Virus record (IMG/VR): IMGVR_UViG_3300027733_000030
Location: 1-64,000 of that record
Length of the DNA: 64,000 nucleotides
Source of the DNA: a virus
Direction: 5' to 3' (one strand)
The position numbers and the translations under genes are program-made. The notes below the pieces were generated by a model. It was not told the origin of the DNA. It saw only the letters and a list, made by a program, of their open reading frames with translations, and made no database searches. Shown piece after piece: positions 37,471-47,271 of the stretch (within the stretch, counting starts at the first letter, position 1; each line of letters starts with the position of its first letter).

Positions 37471-38659
37471 CTCCTTTATCCATTAATTTATACGCAAAGC
37501 GTACCGGGGATGGAGAGGACTGTTCTTGTGTTTCGACATACTTGTCCCCTATCTTTACCCATTTATTTTTTTTCTCTAGTGAACATTGTCCACATCCAAC
37601 ACCTGCAGAATTAGCTCTTTCGCATGTGTAAGGTCTTCCGCCAATTCCCAATTCTCTTCTTTTAATCCAATCGTTTATATGACTATTAGTTTTTTCAACA
37701 TTATAGTCTGAACAATTACTTAAGATACCATGAAGAAATTTTATTGACTCTTCGTTATAAGTTAATATGGAACATAGGAATAATCTTGCCTCATGCTCTA
37801 AGTATTTCTTTTCAATAGCCTGTTGCTGAAGTCTAGCTATTGACGTACAGCTTTTCAAAAGTTTATCAGGAGTAAATTCTTTTTCTTTCACATTCATTTG
37901 CTTAAACGCAGTTGAACCATACTTGTTGAAATAGCCAATAAAATCTTTTGATTTTTCTTTTTCTATTTCCATATCATAAGTAAACTCTCTAAACCATTCA
38001 TTAGCCTTGGCATTAAAGTTTTGTTCTGATACTTCATTGAAAGAGCGTGTAGTGCAGTAACCTGTTATTGAATCCATGCCCTGAAAAAGAATATCTTCTG
38101 GTATTAAATTCTTATATAGATTTGTATCTTGATGTTTACTGCCCTCTAGGCGCCACATTCTTCTAGCGTCATACACGCTAAAGTCAAGCGACTCTAGCTT
38201 AAGTTTATCTTTTAGAGTTGAAGCTATAAATCTAAAAATATTAGGAAGATTATTGGATGGATTAATTCCCAGCGTAATAGCTTCACATTCTATGTGAAAG
38301 CCTTTTTTCCCGGTAAAGTATACAAGTATAGCAGACTTTGGAATATAATTAATAAGATAATTATACAATTTCATACAGTCAATATATGATTCTTGTGGAT
38401 CTTTGTTATCTATGTCAAAATACAATGATCCTAATCTGATAGCTTTATCTAAATCAGTAGAATTATAATGCCAGATAGAAGTATAAAGGCCAACATTTGC
38501 ATTCTGTTGACGAAAAGATTCCTTATCTTTTGCTTCTATGAACAGAGTATTGTCTCCGTCTTTTTGACGAATAACTCTACCTAAACTTTGTACATACTTT
38601 GCTGTCTCTAGATATTTCCAAGAAGACAAAAATTTATCTGGATCATTTGGTATTATCAT
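37457..38659 (-). CDS. archaeo-eukaryotic primase (AEP) with PriL-like C-terminal domain
   Basis: LYFDID, FTGKKGFHI, RMWRL; C-terminal C...LEHEARLFL...YTCE...CGQC. Confidence 0.8.
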   Translation of the reverse strand: MIIPNDPDKFLSSWKYLETAKYVQSLGRVIRQKDGDNTLFIEAKDKESFRQQNANVGLYTSIWHYNSTDLDKAIRLGSLYFDIDNKDPQESYIDCMKLYNYLINYIPKSAILVYFTGKKGFHIECEAITLGINPSNNLPNIFRFIASTLKDKLKLESLDFSVYDARRMWRLEGSKHQDTNLYKNLIPEDILFQGMDSITGYCTTRSFNEVSEQNFNAKANEWFREFTYDMEIEKEKSKDFIGYFNKYGSTAFKQMNVKEKEFTPDKLLKSCTSIARLQQQAIEKKYLEHEARLFLCSILTYNEESIKFLHGILSNCSDYNVEKTNSHINDWIKRRELGIGGRPYTCERANSAGVGCGQCSLEKKNKWVKIGDKYVETQEQSSPSPVRFAYKLMDKGGEHA

Positions 38660-38817
38660 AGTATTTTTGCCTTAGACTCTTCGTTAGAAATATTGGCGAT
38701 TACAATACGATTTTCTTTTTTCAAATTAAATGAATTATTTCTATAGTAGACTGATTCCTTAATTATATCTTCTAATATAGAAATTATATAGATTCTCTTT
38801 GATATTCTACTATTCAT
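38656..38817 (-). CDS. 53-aa hypothetical protein (not in ORF track)
   Basis: MNSRISKRIY...KAKIL; overlaps both neighbours and fills the gap. Confidence 0.5.
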   Translation of the reverse strand: MNSRISKRIYIISILEDIIKESVYYRNNSFNLKKENRIVIANISNEESKAKIL

Positions 38818-39478
38818 TTGTCCATCTGTCGTTGATTAATTGACTATCTTCGATTACAACATGTACCTTACTAGCTATATTATCAGCTAAGTGAACAATG
38901 TAATCCATGTAAGTTATTGGATATGTTTCTGGAACTGGCGACCAAGGACCTAGGTGACATCTAACTAGTCTCAGTATGCTCTGTACATTTTCTTCAGAAA
39001 TAAACAATGTAGAAGAATGACTATCATTAGCATATTCCTTATCGTGGCGGATACAGTCTGCTACAAATTTATTAACAGTATAGGGATGCATAGGATCATA
39101 CTGGAACATTCCACTTTCTTCAGACGGAATTCCTTTGGTGATATCATGCAATAGACACGCTGCAATTATAAGATCTCTTTCTTCTATACTTAATGCATAA
39201 GAGTCAGATATTATTTCCGCAACTCTAACAACTCTTTTGGTGTGCAAAACATTTCCACCAGGACCATGCTCATCCGGCGGATGATATCTTCCAGAAAAAC
39301 TAGATGGTATTTCCCAAAATGTACTAGCTTTTAGTAAAAGAGATCTAACAAATGATTTAATTCCTTCATCATCTATTGATCCAATTTCTTCTAATAAAGG
39401 AGCTAAGTATTCATCTTCTTGAGTAATTTGACTACTTGTATCTTCTTTGAGAATGTCATCTAAAATACTCTTACTCAT
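38810..39478 (-). CDS. HD-domain phosphohydrolase (YhaM-like)
   Basis: YHP...GGNVLHT, LLHDITK, HLG, HLAD; start MSKSI by TAATG overlap. Confidence 0.8.
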   Translation of the reverse strand: MSKSILDDILKEDTSSQITQEDEYLAPLLEEIGSIDDEGIKSFVRSLLLKASTFWEIPSSFSGRYHPPDEHGPGGNVLHTKRVVRVAEIISDSYALSIEERDLIIAACLLHDITKGIPSEESGMFQYDPMHPYTVNKFVADCIRHDKEYANDSHSSTLFISEENVQSILRLVRCHLGPWSPVPETYPITYMDYIVHLADNIASKVHVVIEDSQLINDRWTNE

Positions 39479-40254
39479 TATTTCCATCCAATCCATTTAG
39501 AACATGCGTCGTCGTGCGGGCATTTTTTACAATAAGCTGTTAAGCCTCTTCTTGGTACAAAAGTTTCCTTGTGACACATTGTATCACACCAGTACTCTAA
39601 AGAATCTATATCTTCGCTACTAATTTCATATTCTATAAAATCTAAACTATTTGACATTAGATCAATATAGCCAAAGTTAGTTTCGTTAACTCGACTTGGA
39701 TGACGGAGTTTAAATCCCATATACATGGCAGAAAAATCAACTTGATACATGTGTCTATGATTTGTCTTATAATTAAAAAGAAGTTTTGTTACGTAATTTT
39801 TATTATCTTTTCTAATTATTAAATCAAATTTATCTACTATCTTAATTTCTTTGTTAATAATTGCTATATACTCTTCAGATATAGCTAGAGGAATCATATC
39901 AACGTCTGAATAAGTTTCATGAAACGTAAGTAGTATACTTGCTGCCTTTGTAGTCAAGCTAGCCATATTTCCATACATGCTCTCATGTTGTTCAGTGGCT
40001 ATATCATAATGATCCACATTTTTTGGGAACCATAATTTTTCCCATCTATTTAAAAGAGATGCATAGGAGGGACTAATGCCTGCTTGTTTTTTAAACCAAA
40101 AGAAATAAATAATATTCTTAATAGTTGATTCAAATTTAGCAGTGTATATATCTCTTGAATAAACTTTTTCAGGAAGTTTATCACGATATCTAAAATCATA
40201 TAATCTCTCACAAGTTTGAAAATCCTTAATTGCTTCTACATTTAATTCTAGCAT
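39478..40254 (-). CDS. PD-(D/E)XK-fold protein (RecB-like, possibly degenerate)
   Basis: FQTCERLY, KFDLI, CKKCPHDDAC. Confidence 0.6.
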   Translation of the reverse strand: MLELNVEAIKDFQTCERLYDFRYRDKLPEKVYSRDIYTAKFESTIKNIIYFFWFKKQAGISPSYASLLNRWEKLWFPKNVDHYDIATEQHESMYGNMASLTTKAASILLTFHETYSDVDMIPLAISEEYIAIINKEIKIVDKFDLIIRKDNKNYVTKLLFNYKTNHRHMYQVDFSAMYMGFKLRHPSRVNETNFGYIDLMSNSLDFIEYEISSEDIDSLEYWCDTMCHKETFVPRRGLTAYCKKCPHDDACSKWIGWK

Positions 40255-41717
40255 TAGTCAAAACCTTCTCCACTTAATAGTTCTTGAAGATCTGTTGACT
40301 CTGAATATGATTGATCACTAATGACTTCATAATCTTCATAGATTTTTTTTGCATCGTTATATCTTACTAAAGGTGGATCGTACATGAATGCAGAACCAGT
40401 AATTCTATTTTTAGGTATTTGAAGCTGCATTATATTTTCATCTTCTGTTTCATCATTTGAAGCCAAACGTTTTTCTGTAATGAAAATTGTAACTGCGCAC
40501 TTTTGCTGAATAGCTAAAGATCCACCTGTATCTGATTGCTGTACAACTTCTCTTTTTTCTTTCATTCTGTTTGAGTTTTCCTGGGCAGTTATGATCATAG
40601 CGCAGTTCATATCTCTGGCAAGTTTTTCTAGTCTAACCATCATTTCTTCAAACTCGCCCCATCTTGGCTTGCCCTTACCACTACCACGGGTAAACATAGA
40701 TTGAATAGTGTCAATGATAACTACATCTGGCATATCTCCAGTGTGACCTATTAAATCTCTTAACCAAAACTCAAGGTCTTCAAAATATGGAGTCTCAGGA
40801 TCATGACGAACCATTAATCTGTCTCCCCACTCTTCAAGTTTTGATTTAAACTTAGCCAAGTAAAACTGCTTTTTTTCTTCACTCCATTTATGAGCTTCTG
40901 AATAAACATTTTCACCAATGATTTGAGTCATAAGAATTCTCTCCCAGTGACCCAAAGCTTCTTCAAAGTTTACATACAAAACTCTATAACCAGTATCTAA
41001 CCAATTATTAGCTAGACACTTAGCGAAGGTACTTTTTCCCTTGCCTGAGGGGGCGATAATTGCGTGTACAGCGCCCTTGAAGAATCCACCCTCATCCGTA
41101 TAGCCCATGGCTCTATTTAGAGCTTTAAATTGCGTTGGCACGAAGTCAGGTATATCCAGCAAACGATCAGCTCTATTTAGAATGTCATTAGCTGTAGTTA
41201 ATTTACTAAATGGGTCGTATTTAATTTGATTTTCAAGATCTTTAATTAAAGAAGTTAAATCATTAATGCGATCAATATCTTCTTGTGATTTCAAACCTTT
41301 TTTATTAATAAGTATTTGAAGTTCTTGAAGATTGAGAATCTGTTTACGCTTATTTGCCTTGTGTTTGATTAATTCAACGACTGATTCTTTTGTAGAAGAA
41401 TCCAGACTAAGAATATAATCTATCATTATTCCTACGCCGGAAGAGCCACCAAGTGCATCATATATATCCGTCTCACTAGACAGCCATGATTTAAATGCTA
41501 TTGGATCAACTATATCTAAATTAGTTGCTCGATAAAAACCAAGAAGCGCACCATAGAATTCGTGGATTCCTTTTTCGCCATGAATCATACCAACTATATC
41601 TTGTGGAAGATTTTCGTCAAAATAGGATATCGCACCCTGCTCTTTTAGGCAAAGTGCGAATGCCTGGTATTCTAGTGGGGTTTCTTGTGATTCTTCTATT
41701 TCTTCAAGTGCCATCAA
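40254..41717 (-). CDS. dnaB: DnaB-like replicative helicase
   Basis: APSGKGKST Walker A, VNFEE, VIIDTIQ, ITAQEN, KNR. Confidence 0.85.
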   Translation of the reverse strand: MMALEEIEESQETPLEYQAFALCLKEQGAISYFDENLPQDIVGMIHGEKGIHEFYGALLGFYRATNLDIVDPIAFKSWLSSETDIYDALGGSSGVGIMIDYILSLDSSTKESVVELIKHKANKRKQILNLQELQILINKKGLKSQEDIDRINDLTSLIKDLENQIKYDPFSKLTTANDILNRADRLLDIPDFVPTQFKALNRAMGYTDEGGFFKGAVHAIIAPSGKGKSTFAKCLANNWLDTGYRVLYVNFEEALGHWERILMTQIIGENVYSEAHKWSEEKKQFYLAKFKSKLEEWGDRLMVRHDPETPYFEDLEFWLRDLIGHTGDMPDVVIIDTIQSMFTRGSGKGKPRWGEFEEMMVRLEKLARDMNCAMIITAQENSNRMKEKREVVQQSDTGGSLAIQQKCAVTIFITEKRLASNDETEDENIMQLQIPKNRITGSAFMYDPPLVRYNDAKKIYEDYEVISDQSYSESTDLQELLSGEGFD

Positions 41718-42349
41718 TTTTTAGAGCCTTTTAGTTTGCGGTAAAGATTCTTTTTATACTCTGAATTTTTCTTTTTCATTTCCTGATAATAATTAGAAGT
41801 TGTAATACTTTGCTTATTATTATCTTTCTTGCTATCTGGACTACTCCTAATAGCTTCCAGCATCCTATTATACACGCTAACTTCAGTTAGAGAGTCATTA
41901 TAGCGAAAAACAATTAACGCAATTCCATTATCCTTGCACCATTGTGCTTTGATTATATCTCTTTTTTGTGCTTCTTCAAATTCATATTTTGATTCAAAAA
42001 ATCTAGACGTGTAAAAGAAATGTTGACGGCCATGATATTCTGCAGCTATTCCATACGAAGGGCAATAAACATCTAATCGAAGTTTTTCGCCAATATGAAA
42101 TTCATTAACTACATCTTCTCCAGGCAAAAGTTTTTTCATTATCATTGTCAAAGCGGTTTGACCACGTGACATTTTCTTTTTAGAATCTTTTAACCAATTT
42201 AATCCAAGATAATTAATCTTTTTATTTATCTCAGATATTGGAACGTCAAGTTCTTTTGCTATTTGATTTATTGAATAATTAGTATCAAATAAAAGATCTA
42301 CTAAAAATTCAATATCATCATCTTGTATTTTTTTATAATTATCTTTCAT
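41714..42349 (-). CDS. HTH plus Vsr/DUF559-like endonuclease
   Basis: N-terminal HTH; LRLDVY, AAEYHGRQH, RDIIK. Confidence 0.7.
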   Translation of the reverse strand: MKDNYKKIQDDDIEFLVDLLFDTNYSINQIAKELDVPISEINKKINYLGLNWLKDSKKKMSRGQTALTMIMKKLLPGEDVVNEFHIGEKLRLDVYCPSYGIAAEYHGRQHFFYTSRFFESKYEFEEAQKRDIIKAQWCKDNGIALIVFRYNDSLTEVSVYNRMLEAIRSSPDSKKDNNKQSITTSNYYQEMKKKNSEYKKNLYRKLKGSKN

Positions 42350-42986
42350 TGGTACTGTTATGAAATGCAGCCTTGCTCAATGACAAAGTTTTACCAGTAT
42401 CAATTATGGATATGTTTAGATTATCCCACATCTTATTCATCAATGCTAAACCAAAGACACCACAATCTAGAAGGCAATAGTCTACTTCGTTTTCCATTTC
42501 CGCCAATTGTGCATAAACGCTATCTAACTTTTCGTGATAATTATTATATGGAACATTTATAATATGCGTATCAAATCCAAAGTGGCGTTGAGCCAACTTC
42601 TTATCATGGAGTGTAACGATAACTTTTGGAGTATTTCTAATATAGAAATCAATCACTGATTGATAGGCGTCTTTGTTATTTAGATAAAAGTATTCAAATA
42701 CGTTTGAATAGTAATACTCAAAGTTTTTGTTTAATCCAATTTTAAAATGTCTTCCATTTTCAATATCAGAAACTAGGGTATGTGAAATTGCTTTCATAAT
42801 TCTCTTGTCATTATTTTTTAATGAGGAGATAATATTCTTAGCAAAGTTAGCTGGAAAAGGATTCTCGCTATTTTTACTTAAGGCGACTATGGAAGATTTA
42901 GGAACATTAATGTAACTAAACTTTTCTTTTTTGCCCATTGCCGAAGTAAGATTTCTAAGTGAATCTGTTGGATTAAGAAATGTCAT
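42339..42986 (-). CDS. GT-D-fold-like protein
   Basis: C-terminal YCLLDCGVFG...IIDTG resembles the GT-D nucleotide-binding end; tentative. Confidence 0.45.
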   Translation of the reverse strand: MTFLNPTDSLRNLTSAMGKKEKFSYINVPKSSIVALSKNSENPFPANFAKNIISSLKNNDKRIMKAISHTLVSDIENGRHFKIGLNKNFEYYYSNVFEYFYLNNKDAYQSVIDFYIRNTPKVIVTLHDKKLAQRHFGFDTHIINVPYNNYHEKLDSVYAQLAEMENEVDYCLLDCGVFGLALMNKMWDNLNISIIDTGKTLSLSKAAFHNSTNER

Positions 42987-42997
42987 TTTATCTCCTA

Positions 42998-43690
42998 TTA
43001 AATTCCGAATGAACCCCAGTTAATCAAAACTGGCTTTTCATCTACGATTGAATTGATATGGTCTAACTGATGGAAAGCTCCACCGTCTAATTGTGAATAT
43101 CTCTGATGCTTAGAAATTTTATCTTCATCTCTGATATAGCCAAGGTGTTGCATTACGAGTTTAGAATCAACCCAGTAATTTTTTCTAGCAATCATATCAC
43201 CTACATAAGTAGGTTCAGATCCACACGCCAGCTGCCTATTATTGAACCCACCATTTTCTAAGTATCTAAATATTCTAGTACTATTATTTGGTGTCCATAG
43301 TTTATCAACTCTATACTGAGTTTCATTCCACATATGATAGAAGCGGACATTTACTACATCAAAAGGCGATGTATTTAAAACATCTCTAATTGGCGCATCA
43401 TCTAAATGATAGAGCTTTTCATCGCAGTCAATAGCTACGACCCAATCTCCAATACTGGCAAATTTTTCTAGATTACCCCAGGCGAAGGCTCTTAATTTTC
43501 CTTCATGAACATTAAAAAGTTGTTCAGGTGTTTGAAAAACTTCAGCGTACTTTGCTGCTATTTCAGGAGTATTATCAGTTGAACAATCATCTGTAAATAT
43601 TATTTTATCAACTTGAGTTGACAGTCTTTGCAAAACATCTTCCAAAAATCTAGAAGACTCATTTCTACCAATCATTTGTGCAATGATCAT
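42998..43690 (-). CDS. glycosyltransferase family 2
   Basis: GRNE, TDDCSTDNT, IDCDE, HLGY; start revised to MIIAQ. Confidence 0.85.
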   Translation of the reverse strand: MIIAQMIGRNESSRFLEDVLQRLSTQVDKIIFTDDCSTDNTPEIAAKYAEVFQTPEQLFNVHEGKLRAFAWGNLEKFASIGDWVVAIDCDEKLYHLDDAPIRDVLNTSPFDVVNVRFYHMWNETQYRVDKLWTPNNSTRIFRYLENGGFNNRQLACGSEPTYVGDMIARKNYWVDSKLVMQHLGYIRDEDKISKHQRYSQLDGGAFHQLDHINSIVDEKPVLINWGSFGI

Positions 43691-43716
43691 TTTTTTCTTC
43701 CTTAGCTTTAAATGAG

Positions 43717-43742
43717 ATTGAGGGGGTTTTACCCCCCTCAAT
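43717..43742 (-). terminator. strong intergenic hairpin
   Basis: ATTGAGGGGG / CCCCCTCAAT inverted repeat; weak U tract. Confidence 0.55.
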
Positions 43743-43781
43743 TTCTGTCCAATAATTACTTAGAGACTTTATTGACGAAGG

Positions 43782-43973
43782 TCAGTCGACCATCTGTTCA
43801 CGAGCCTCAACAGCCGAAATTCGCTCAGTCTCTACTTCTCTGTAGAGCATCTCTCCAAGAGCTGAACGACGATTGCTCGAACTTGTTGCAATCTTCTCTG
43901 CGTCTGTTTTGTTGTTAGCCTTCACGAGCGAAGTTGTTGTCACTGTGAAATACTTGAACTTGTTATCTGACAT
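43782..43973 (-). CDS. hypothetical protein
   Basis: 63 aa, AAAGG RBS. Confidence 0.65.
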   Translation of the reverse strand: MSDNKFKYFTVTTTSLVKANNKTDAEKIATSSSNRRSALGEMLYREVETERISAVEAREQMVD

Positions 43974-43988
43974 TGGTATTACCTTTCA

Positions 43989-44393
43989 TTAATTTGATGG
44001 ATAATTGGTTGCGATATATTCTATCGCATCTTGCATTGTTGATGCAAGTTTTGTTGCCATATATTTTAGGTAAACTCTGTTCTTATTAGAGTCACAGCAA
44101 AAGACTACTGCTGGCTGATTATTGAATTTAGCCCAAGCTAATTCAAAGTCAGTTCCTATATATGCGCGATCTTGTAACATATATTCTACCAGAATAATAT
44201 CTGCTCGGCGTTGCATGAACAAATTTTTTTCAACAATTTCTTCTGGTGTTTCGTACCCTTGATCTACAATAGTAGTTGGATCCAATACGTCATAGCCTGC
44301 AAGATGCAGTGCTCTAGTTGCTGACTTGCGCCAAAAGCGTCCATAGTCTTCAACGCCTTCAATTGCTCCGGAAAGAAATACTTTAAGCGGCAT
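43989..44393 (-). CDS. nucleoside 2-deoxyribosyltransferase-like N-glycosidase
   Basis: VFLSGAI, VLDP, ADIILV, GTDFE catalytic Glu. Confidence 0.8.
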   Translation of the reverse strand: MPLKVFLSGAIEGVEDYGRFWRKSATRALHLAGYDVLDPTTIVDQGYETPEEIVEKNLFMQRRADIILVEYMLQDRAYIGTDFELAWAKFNNQPAVVFCCDSNKNRVYLKYMATKLASTMQDAIEYIATNYPSN

Positions 44394-44802
44394 ATACTAA
44401 TCCTGGCCAATAGTATTCTAAGTCATTTGGTTCGTCAAAATATTGCGAATAATATCCAAAGTCTTTACGAAGAAGATTTGATCTATGAGATCTATGGAAT
44501 TCTTCATTCCCAAACCAGGCCGGCATTACTACACTGCCTGGATCTATCTCTTCATATTGCATATTGTTCTTATATCCCCTATTGACCCATTCTCGAATAG
44601 TTATATTTTGATATAACTTTAGAGCAGATTCATAACCAGTCCACATCAATGTTACCGGATGATTTCTCCAGCCTTTTGTAGGTGTTCTTTCTAGGAGTAT
44701 ATTCAGGACTTGGAATGTTTCAACACGTTGCTTTCCAAGACGACGATAATCTAATACTTCTACAGATTTTTTAAAGTCTGCATATGGTATAAATGTCTGC
44801 AT
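44383..44802 (-). CDS. MSMEG_6728-like pyrimidine-dimer glycosylase fold protein
   Basis: MQTFIP, LDYRRLGKQRVE, GWRNHP, SHRSNLLRKD. Confidence 0.8.
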   Translation of the reverse strand: MQTFIPYADFKKSVEVLDYRRLGKQRVETFQVLNILLERTPTKGWRNHPVTLMWTGYESALKLYQNITIREWVNRGYKNNMQYEEIDPGSVVMPAWFGNEEFHRSHRSNLLRKDFGYYSQYFDEPNDLEYYWPGLVYAA

Positions 44803-44803
44803 T

Positions 44804-45202
44804 TTAGTCCTTTTTGAATTCAGTGAATGTTTTGTCGCCTACGCCAAAGTATTCTCTAGCAAGACCAGACGCTATTATAGCATCATTTAGACACTCTCCG
44901 GCTTGATTCCATACTCTTGCTAGCACTCTTCCGTACTTTTCATTCTTGTCAATAATTGTTTCTATCTTAACTTTATGATTGGCGGCTGTTAACCACTGAT
45001 CAGTAAATTCTTTTGCAGCTAGACCCATTTTCTTTTCTTCAAGATTAGTTGTGCGACTCTCAGGAGTATTTACTCCATAAAGACGAACTCTACCTCTTTT
45101 TAGTGTATCGAATCCCAAATCGATAACAATATCAAATGTATCGCCATCAATTGTTTTCTTGACCTCTGCGTTGTAGATCCAAGGGTTTAGTTTATCTGTC
45201 AT
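44804..45202 (-). CDS. thermonuclease (SNase-like)
   Basis: IDGDT, VRLYGVNTPE, KYGRVLA. Confidence 0.88.
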   Translation of the reverse strand: MTDKLNPWIYNAEVKKTIDGDTFDIVIDLGFDTLKRGRVRLYGVNTPESRTTNLEEKKMGLAAKEFTDQWLTAANHKVKIETIIDKNEKYGRVLARVWNQAGECLNDAIIASGLAREYFGVGDKTFTEFKKD

Positions 45203-45203
45203 G

Positions 45204-45995
45204 TTAATCTCTTTCTATTCCAATGTAGTCGCATGCTTTGCGAAATAATGCTTGACTTTCTTTAAATTTAGAATCTGCTTCTCCGCCGACAACTGAAGAT
45301 TTATGCCAACTGTGCCCGATGGATACACTTCCATCATACACCACATTGTAACCTAAGTGTCTGGCAAAGTATGAACACCAGGTTTCCTCATAATAATGAG
45401 GGGTAGGGAGAAATGCGCCTGTTACCCCTGGATACATCTCTTGATACTTGGGATGGTTTGTTAGTGCATTCCAAACTTCTCTACGGATAAAGTATGCGGA
45501 GCCTGAGACCGTAACGCATGGAACTCTATCTTTGTAAAGATGATCGTCAAAATCGCTTTGTCTCCAACCACGATGAGTTGGAGCTGTATTGGTTCCCACG
45601 ATTCCGGCGTGCGTTATCAATCCATTTTCGTCTCTTTGCTTGGGACCTAGAATATGAATATCTGGATTCTCATCAAAAATTTGTTGAGCTCTTACCATAG
45701 AACTACTAGTCATCCATACGTCAGCATTTAGTAGTGCAATCACGTCAGACGAGCCTTCAGCTGCCAATTGATTGCAAGCTCCAGAATATCCTATATTATC
45801 ATTGTGATAGAATTTATTAATTCTATATCTTTGATAATTGTATTTTAACCAACTAGCACTGTCGTCTTGCGAACCGTTGTCTGCTATATATAGATTCCAA
45901 ACCTTAGGAGTATCATGCAGATCACTGTGTAAGCAGTCTAGAAACCTATTCAGCAGTGGTCTTGTATTGTAATTAATTACGCATAGGTCTATCAA
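45204..45995 (-). CDS. glycosyltransferase family 2 (WbbL-like)
   Basis: VINYNT, ADNGSQD, NIGYSGACN, LLNAD, YYEET. Confidence 0.88.
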   Translation of the reverse strand: MIDLCVINYNTRPLLNRFLDCLHSDLHDTPKVWNLYIADNGSQDDSASWLKYNYQRYRINKFYHNDNIGYSGACNQLAAEGSSDVIALLNADVWMTSSSMVRAQQIFDENPDIHILGPKQRDENGLITHAGIVGTNTAPTHRGWRQSDFDDHLYKDRVPCVTVSGSAYFIRREVWNALTNHPKYQEMYPGVTGAFLPTPHYYEETWCSYFARHLGYNVVYDGSVSIGHSWHKSSVVGGEADSKFKESQALFRKACDYIGIERD

Positions 45996-46246
45996 TTTAT
46001 TTCTCCAAATTCAATTACCGCATCAAAAGCGGATGTGGGACTTAATCCGAATTCTACTAAAGACAAGAATTCTTGTTCTATATCAAATAATAAATCGGAG
46101 TCATAAAACTCTTTCAATCTATTTTTATATTGATATACAGTTGGATCTTTTTTCTTGGGTTTTAAAGAATTGATAGATTTATTTCTAGCAATTGAAACGC
46201 CCAAAATAAAAGAGCTAATCAAGAAAGTAATTTTACCATTCTTCAT
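45992..46246 (-). CDS. hypothetical protein with N-terminal hydrophobic anchor
   Basis: MKNGKITFLISSFILGVSIA. Confidence 0.6.
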   Translation of the reverse strand: MKNGKITFLISSFILGVSIARNKSINSLKPKKKDPTVYQYKNRLKEFYDSDLLFDIEQEFLSLVEFGLSPTSAFDAVIEFGEIN

Positions 46247-46451
46247 ATTCAGTATCTGATTCGTTGTAGTGATTTTCATTAGCTTGAAATCTTATATGAT
46301 CTGCTATTTCTCTAAATGAATCTGAATGTTCATCTTGATGTTCAGTAGCTAAATAATCATATGTTTCAGCTATGTGCATAGCTAGCTCATGGCTAATCAC
46401 TATTGCAGTTTCCCCTATATTCAATTTTACTGAGATTTTTTTCTTACTCAT
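46233..46451 (-). CDS. hypothetical protein
   Basis: start MSKKK overlapping the upstream stop. Confidence 0.6.
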   Translation of the reverse strand: MSKKKISVKLNIGETAIVISHELAMHIAETYDYLATEHQDEHSDSFREIADHIRFQANENHYNESDTEYEEW

Positions 46452-46665
46452 TTGCTTCCTTGTCATTACTTTCTTGATCATTACTTACTTTATACAAACA
46501 GATATTGTCGGTGTCTGGTTCAAATGTTACAAAAAATATATTCTTATCCTCCAAAGACATTCCTTCAGGAGGAGGACTATCAAGTGCTATTTTTTTAGAT
46601 GAACATCCGTAAACTTGACTATGATTTTTATATACTACCATATAATTCAGTTTAGCTGCTGGCAT
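46444..46665 (-). CDS. hypothetical protein
   Basis: 73-aa ORF in a tight operon. Confidence 0.6.
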   Translation of the reverse strand: MPAAKLNYMVVYKNHSQVYGCSSKKIALDSPPPEGMSLEDKNIFFVTFEPDTDNICLYKVSNDQESNDKEANE

Positions 46666-47113
46666 TATTGACCTCGAATAAATTGATTGAACATTCTGAT
46701 AAAAATTTCTTTACGTTGTCCCAATCCTTATAAGATTCATCATATAAGTAATAGACATTTTTTATTGTTGAATTAGCTATTAGTTTAGCGCAAGAAAAAC
46801 ATGGAGGACCATTTATATATATTTTTTCTGGTCTACTAGAATAATCAGAATGAAGTAATGCATTAGCTTCAGCATGTACTGCTATGCAGTTATCATAGTT
46901 AGATCCACTAGGTGACTTTTCTGCTAGTCTAGGGCAACCGCCATCTTCGCAATGTTTCTTACCTCTAGGTCCACCATTATAGCCTACTCCAACTATATGA
47001 CCCTGTACATCAACTAACACTGCTGAATATTTTCTTTTTCCACAAGTAGAAAAAATATTAGCTACGGCAGTACACATCTGCATGTACTGAATGTCTTTTC
47101 TTGTAACTGTCAT
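46652..47113 (-). CDS. dCMP deaminase
   Basis: GYNGGP, HAEANAL, PCFSC. Confidence 0.9.
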   Translation of the reverse strand: MTVTRKDIQYMQMCTAVANIFSTCGKRKYSAVLVDVQGHIVGVGYNGGPRGKKHCEDGGCPRLAEKSPSGSNYDNCIAVHAEANALLHSDYSSRPEKIYINGPPCFSCAKLIANSTIKNVYYLYDESYKDWDNVKKFLSECSINLFEVNNASS

Positions 47114-47271
47114 AGAACTAATATAGCCGCAATTGCTGAAGCGAGTATGGATATTATAATTGTTATTTTCCTATTCTTTGTACTAGTTGCAGATTGAGAT
47201 ATGGACTGCATCGTAAATGCCCAATTAATGAATATTACAAATAGAATTATTCTAACTGCATCTATTATCAT
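47110..47271 (-). CDS. 53-aa two-TM membrane protein (not in ORF track)
   Basis: MIIDAVRIILFVIFINWAF...IIISILASAIAAILVL; ATGA overlaps at both ends. Confidence 0.65.
   Translation of the reverse strand: MIIDAVRIILFVIFINWAFTMQSISQSATSTKNRKITIIISILASAIAAILVL

Noticed and set aside
38810-39478. HD protein as DatZ of a Z-genome pathway
   Set aside because: Motifs look YhaM-like and no PurZ or MazZ is seen in the window
43712-43918. Plus-strand ORF and the extended MRGVKPP start of the GT2
   Set aside because: Both overlap the intergenic hairpin; MIIAQ at 43690 has an RBS and matches a GT2 N-terminus
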